Origin: Dudresnaya verticillata
Taxonomy: Eukaryota
Assembly (NCBI GenBank): GCA_977862235.1
Contig: OZ374562.1
Location: 434,001-498,000 of the forward strand
Length of the DNA: 64,000 nucleotides
Direction of reading: 5' to 3'
Under the pieces are notes generated by a model that was given only the letters and a program-made list of their open reading frames with translations, was not told where the DNA came from and made no database searches. The position numbers were made by a program, and so were the translations under genes. Within the stretch, counting starts at the first letter, position 1; each line of letters starts with the position of its first letter. Below are positions 57,967-64,000 of the stretch, in pieces.

Positions 57967-60251
57967 ATGGAAACCACCTCTGCGATCAAGATCGACAAGC
58001 TGCGGGATGACAACTTCCACACTTGGAAGACCTGCATTCAGCTTGTTCTGTCCCTGAAGGAGGTTGACGGCTACATTTCGGACCACCATCCTGAACGTTC
58101 CTCGGACGAGTATAAGGCATGGCGCAAGGGCGACCTCAAGGCAAAGGCTTTAATCGGACTAACTCTTTCTGGCGCACACCTGGAGCAAGTGCAGCATGCC
58201 GATTCCGCCAAGGAGATGTGGTCTCTCATCTTTGACATTTACGAGAAACATACCCTTCTCAACAAGCTCGCTGCCCGACGCCGTTTATACACAGCAAGAA
58301 TGAATGAGAACAAAAAGGTGCTGCCCTTCGCCGCTCGCATTCGCCAACTGGATGCCACTCTCAAGTCAATGTCAGTCAGTATTGAGGACCCCGAAATGGC
58401 CATGGCACTACTGAATGGCCTTCCGGACCGGTTTGACAGCCTTATTTCGGCTTTGGATGCCGTGCATACCGATGACAAACTCTTCATATTCGAGTTTGTG
58501 CAGAGTCTGTGCTTGCAGTAAGAACAGAGGCATGCTGATCGGGATAAGGAAGCTCTCAAGACTTCTGAGACTGCTGCCCTATTAGCCAGCAACAGTTCCA
58601 AATCGAGCAAGCGTCCCTCGGCGGAGATCTGCGTACACTGCGGGAAACATCGGGACAGCTCCCGTTGCTACACTAAATACCCCCATCTGGCTCCCGTTGG
58701 TCACCCGGCTCGTGCATGCCTGGGCAACGACGCTAACAAGAACAAAGCGTTTATTGCCAACAACTCTCCGGCCCCCTGTAAGATAAGGCCCATGAGTATG
58801 TCTGCCTTTGGAACTCCCCTGTCGTGAACAGTATCGCCTCGCACTCCCCCGGTATCTCTCTGGTGACCTCCCGAAACTGGATTATTGACTCTGGTTGCAC
58901 TTCGCACGTCACCTTTGACCGCTTCAGCTTCGCCACTTACCACCAACTTACCACCCCCTCCACTTTGGACCTTGGTGCAAACGGTAACACTCCCATTGTT
59001 GGTCGTGGTGATTTCATGCTGAAGCTGTGCGTCAACGGCAATTCGGCCAATTGCATTATTCGCAACGTGTTACACGTTCCTGCTATACGCTACCAGCTGC
59101 TCTCCGTTTCCGCCATGGCCAAACTGGGAGTAGAAACGGTCTTCATAGACTCTGGTGTTACAATCCACCGTCGCTCCCCTTTAGCCACCGTTGCTTTCGG
59201 CACACTCAGCAAACGACTCTACACCCTTGAGGTTGACCTGGAATCCCCAAACAGGACACCTACGTTATCCCAAAGTGCCTTTGTTGCTTCCCTTAACCTT
59301 TGGCATCAGCGACTCGCACATGTGAGCATGTCCGGCATCAGTTCTACGGTCACTCGCGGGGTGGTGAAGGGTATAAAATTCGCCAACAAACAACATTCTG
59401 GCGAGTGCATTGGGTGTGTCCTGGGCAAGTCGCATCGTGCAGCTATTCCGAAAGTGCGCGAGAGCCGCTCTACGCGGCTTCTGCAACTGGTACATTCGGA
59501 TGTCCTTGGTCCTTTTGAAGTTCGGTCGTTAGGGGGCGCAAGGTATTTTGTGTCCTTCATCGATGACTTCTCCAAATGGACCGTCGAATTTACGATGCGA
59601 CGGAAGTCCGAGGTACTAGAATGCTTTAAGAAGTTTAAAGCCCTGGCCGAGAACCATACAAATCGCGTTGTGCAGAAACTTCACGTACATGAGTTTCATG
59701 GTGCCATGTTTGACGACACTGATCAACCCCTACGCCTCAAGGTCCTACGCTCCGATAATGGTGAAGAATACCTCTCTGTTGACTTTAAGAATGTTTTGGT
59801 AGACCACGGAATCCAGCATCAACTCACGGTCGCATATACGCCCCAACAAAATGGGGTGGCAGAGCGAATGAATCGCACCCTCCTCGACTTAGTGCGATCC
59901 ATGCTGCACCATAAATCGCTTCCCAAACACTTCTGGGGTGAAGCTCTGGCCACTGCTGTGTATGTGGGTAACCGTGTTACCTCCCGCGCACTGTCCCCAG
60001 ACGTTACTCCACACCATCTATGGCATGAAAAGGCTCCCAACGTCTCACAATTGCGCGTGTTCGGTGCCAAATGTTGGATTTTGGTTCCCAAAATTCGTGT
60101 CAAAAAGCTGGACGCTCGTTCTCGACCTGCGCTGATGATGGGATATTCGTCACAGAGTAAAGGTTACAAGTCGTGGGATACCGCTGCAAACAAGTTCGTT
60201 GTTTCAAGCGACGTTACTTTCAACGAGTTGGGCATCGTTCTTGTATCCCAA
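57967..60251 (+). pseudogene. Truncated Copia gag-PR-integrase
   Basis: KIDKLRDDNFHTWK gag; WIIDSGCTSH; WHQRLAH; HSDVLGP; SDNGEEY; PQQNGVAER; stops at 58521 and ~58780; cut off before RT. Confidence 0.9.
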
Positions 60252-60270
60252 TGATAAGGAATATGGGGAT

Positions 60271-61560
60271 TGAAAAGGAATATGGAGAGGTTGAAGTTGA
60301 ACAAGTTGAGAGTTTGAGAAATGGAAGTCGCTTGACTTCGTTTACTGCAGTCGACCATCCGACAAGGCTTATATCAGCTTTTCGGATGAGTCGCTGCGTG
60401 AACACAAACAAAACAAATCATTAAAGATACGCCCAAAATCCCTATCATCAAATGGGCGGGAAAAAGTAAAGCAATCAAATCTACCAAATCATGCTCTCAG
60501 CACACTGAAAAGGAATATGGAGAGGTTGAAGTTGAACAAGATGAGAAATGGAAGTCGCTTGACTTCGTTTACTGCAGTCGACCATCCGACAAGGCTTATA
60601 TCAGCTTTTCGGATGAGTTGCTGCGTGAAAACAAACAAAACAAATCATTAAAGAAACGCCCAAAATCCCTATCATCAAATGGGCGGGAAAAAGTAAAGCA
60701 ATTAAATCTACCAAATCATACTCTCAGCACACTCACATCCGCCACCAGAATGGGCGGGAACTTGCACACCAGTGTTGCTAACTGCTGACATCAGCAATCC
60801 CTCTTGCGACCGCATTTCCTGCCATCCATATGTACTCCAACTTTGGGCGGGAACGTGAAAGTATCGAGTGTCCCCGCATGGCTGCTGTCGGACAACACTG
60901 CACACCACGTGGCCGCACTTACGAGCTGAAGTCCGTCCATGAATATCCAACTTGGATTATTCACCACGTAATCACCCAGATTTGCCTACGTGGCAGCTGT
61001 AAACCAACGTATCGGCCGCACGACAGCTACGTGATAACTGTAAACCAACGTGTCGGCCGCACGACAGCTACGTGCCAACTGTAAACCAACGTGTCGGCCG
61101 CACAACAACTGCATCTGCTGATATCACAAGTCAGGCTGCACGTAGCGCAAGTCCCTGCAGTACCAACTCGGACGCCATCAGCACATTGCATGGCACGTTC
61201 ATGTGTACTTGTGGAGTACAGTGCGAGTCATACCAACACCATTCCATGCCATACCACGTGCATCCATGTGGTCCAATCAGATCGTTCCACTTGGCCGTTC
61301 CTGTTATAACCGCCAATTCCAGCACAACACTTGTAAGCCATATAGACCATGGAGGCGGTTTGTAACAACCAATCAGAAGCCCGTTTCACGTTGCTTTTGC
61401 AAAAGGCCTAAATGCGCCGTGATTTTGGAAGCCCGGAAAAAGGGCTGTCGTCTCCGGAAGGTTTGGTGACAGCGTGCCAGGGTGCCATCTGGGGTGCCTG
61501 ACCCGTGACGTGAGGCGCCAGCGACCATGTCCTCAACACACACTCACATCCGCCACCAGG
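60271..61560 (-). repeat. Partial LTR (60271-60505 plus 61544-61560) hosting a nested LTR of its own family
   Basis: Starts TGAAAAGGAATATGG (reverse complement of the LTR end) and resumes after TSD CACAC. Confidence 0.8.
60506..61538 (-). repeat. Solo Copia LTR, 1033 bp
   Basis: Full reverse complement of 61613-62645; TSD CACAC. Confidence 0.93.
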
Positions 61561-61612
61561 AGTGCACAGCCTACTTGGTATTCGCAAGCGTCGGTGTCGA
61601 CCGAGAGATTAC

Positions 61613-64000
61613 TGTTGAGGACATGGTCGCTGGCACCTCACGTCACGGGTCAGGGACCCCAGATGGCACCCTGGCACGCTGTCACCAAACCTTCCGGAGA
61701 CGATAGCCCTTTTTCCGGGCTTCCAAAATCACGGCGCATTTAGGCCTTTTGCAAAAGCAACGTGAAACGGGCTTCTGATTGGTTGTTACAAACCGCCTCC
61801 ATGGTCTATATGGCTTACAAGTGTTGTGCTGGAATTGGCGGTTATAACAGGAACGGCCAAGTGGAACGATCTGATTGGACCACATGGATGCACGTGGTAT
61901 GGCATGGAATGGTGTTGGTATGACTCGCACTGTACTCCACAAGTACACATGAACCTGCCATGCAATGTGCTGATGGCGTCCGAGTTGGTACTGCAGGGAC
62001 TTGCGCTACGTGGAGCCTGACTTGTGATATCAGCAGATGCAGTTGTCGTGCGGCCGACACGTTGGTTTACAGTTGCCACGTAGCTGTCGTGCGCCCGACA
62101 CGTTGGTTTACAGTTATCACGTAGCTGTCGTGCGGCCGACACGTTGGTTTACAGCTGCCACGTAGGCAAATCTGGGTGATTACGTGGTCAATGATCCAAG
62201 TTGGATATTCATGGACGGACTTGAGCTGGTAAGTGCGGCCACGTGGTGTGCAGTGTTGTCCGACAGCAGCCATGCGGGGACACTCGATACTTTCACGTTC
62301 CCGCCCAAAGTTGGAGTACATATGGATGGCAGGAAATGCGGTCGCAAGAGGGATTGCTGATGTCAGCAGTTAGCAACACTGGTGTGCAAGTTCCCGCCCA
62401 TTCTGGTGGCGGATGTGAGTGTGCTGAGAGCATGATTTGGTAGATTTAATTGCTTTACTTTTTCCCGCCCATTTGATGATAGGGATTTTGGGCGTTTCTT
62501 TAATGATTTGTTTTGTTTGTGTTCACGCAGCAACTCATCCGAAAAGCTGATATAAGCCATGTCGGATGATCGACTGCAGTAAACGAAGTCAAGCGACTTC
62601 CATTTCTCATCTTGTTCAACTCCAACCTCTCCATATTCCTTTTCAGGTTATGGGCCCAGAAGGTCGACCTACGCAGACTTCATCGCTTCGCTGCAACCTT
62701 CTTCCTTTTTCTTTTCATTCTTGATACTGTCCGGTCCCGTCCTGGCCTGTCCTGTCTGCTTGTGTCCTGTCCTGTCGGCTTGTGTCCTGTCCTGTCTGCT
62801 TGTTGTCTGTTGAAAGTGGTCCCTATCCCACTGTGTCGGCTTGTTTCTCTGATTTTGTGAGAGAGTTCTCGAGGCTCTCGTCCGCTGTTGTCTTGGTCCG
62901 TGAGCTTGCTGAGAGGTTGAGTGTTGTGCGTGGTGACTCTCGTTAAGTCAGGACCTCGTTGGCCTAGGGGAGCAGCCTCCAGTAAGATCCAGAACCTTGA
63001 CACGGTTGGGCCTAGTTCCGTTCCTGCAAGAGACTGGACCTGTTCGTGTGGTGAACACTCGTTTTGAGTTAGTACCCATAAGGTGGACGTCTCGTAAGGA
63101 TTGCATACTTCGTGTCTGTGTGCGCACGACACGAAAGGGCTGCTGAAAGACGCATTTCACCCGGAGAATCATATCCGGGGGCCAGGAGTCCGACTCCTAG
63201 GGGTGACTAGGTAGAACCTGGTGCCAGAACATCCCGCGTCAAAAAGACGTTCAACTATCAAGAATCAACTTTTCAACTTCAAGTTTCAACTTTTCTTCTT
63301 CAGTCCAGGTGATCCCATCATCACCTGAGAGTTCATTACTCCAAGCGTGGGAGCTACTTGGCAAAGTGTGCTCCGCTTGTGACTGTATTATATTACCGAC
63401 GTGTTCGACACATTTCTCAGTTTCGTCGTCACGTCTTCGTTGTGTGAGCTGCACTGCTCTGCTTAACACGACTATTACCCTCTGGGCATCGACACTGTTG
63501 CACTAACAGCACTGCCCCAAGTTCACCAAGTTTTCTAAAACTATTCAAGTTATCTCTTCTCACCATCAGTCCCAACAGCGATGACTGATGTTGTTTTAAC
63601 TGATACCGAAGCCGAGATGGATACTTCGAGCGGGGTCAAGATACCCCGTTTCCACGGCAGGAGAGGTGACGACTACAGTCTCTGGCGTCATCGCCTTCGT
63701 GCCGCATGCCGCATCAAAGGGGTTTGGAATGTTGTCCACACCTCAAACGACACACCGAGCAGCTCACAGTCAACTGGAGAGGCCTCAGCGGATACTTCCA
63801 TTCTTCACGCCAGAACCTTGGCCAAACGTGAGAAGGCTTGCGGGATCATTATCTCCGCACTTGGTGATGCTCCGCTTCGTGTCGTTATGGAGGTTGATGA
63901 TGACCCCAAACGCATGCTGGAGCTATTGGACTCGCGCTATGCGTCCAGTCGAACCGTATCCCGTATCGCCGTACAGACAAAGCTATTCCGTATGACGTAC
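61613..64000 (+). mobile_element. 5' part of a Copia element: LTR 61613-62645, PBS 62646-62659, ~0.9 kb leader; runs off the window
   Basis: TG...CA LTR directly followed by GGTTATGGGCCCAG (copia-type internal tRNA-iMet PBS). Confidence 0.93.
63581..64000 (+). CDS. gag: Copia gag N-terminus (partial)
   Basis: MTDVVLTD...KIPRFHGRRGDDYSLWRHRL...GIIISALGDAPLRVV, similar to the gag at 40696 (KFYGKPGEDF...QGLGDRPLRL). Confidence 0.85.
   Translation, partial: MTDVVLTDTEAEMDTSSGVKIPRFHGRRGDDYSLWRHRLRAACRIKGVWNVVHTSNDTPSSSQSTGEASADTSILHARTLAKREKACGIIISALGDAPLRVVMEVDDDPKRMLELLDSRYASSRTVSRIAVQTKLFRMTY

Noticed and set aside
60980..61110. Short direct repeats as a CRISPR array
   Set aside because: Tandem 41-bp units without unique spacers inside a eukaryotic LTR; no cas genes
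55880..62560. Repeated short ORFs (MYLWSTV.., MYSNFGR.., MLELAVI..) as a gene family
   Set aside because: They are translations of the same LTR copies

Overview
Eukaryotic genomic DNA, most consistent with a florideophyte red alga: intron-poor genes, short GT-AG introns, and red-algal-type Gypsy/Copia elements. The taxon is inferred. Bases 1-8.3 kb form a host gene cluster (C2H2 zinc-finger TF, PP2C phosphatase, membrane methyltransferase-like protein, copine/C2-like protein). Almost everything from 8.7 kb to 64 kb is a nested LTR-retrotransposon island, with one embedded 3-exon bestrophin gene. Using target-site duplications (TSDs) I resolved a young full-length chromodomain Gypsy (A, 12777-25924, +) inserted in an older chromodomain Gypsy (B, ~10246-42014, -), a full Copia inside B's LTR, several further Copia/Gypsy remnants, and at least 8 solo LTRs. 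Most notable: A and B each carry a ~930-960 aa antisense accessory ORF between pol and the 3' LTR, and the two ORFs share a motif. Each element is also saturated, even through its coding sequence, with its own palindromic word (B: CCG-N3-CGG; A: CGTCGACG). This suggests a family-specific protein plus DNA-barcode system reminiscent of VANC/VANDAL anti-silencing, which remains a hypothesis. All motif counts were made by eye and are approximate.
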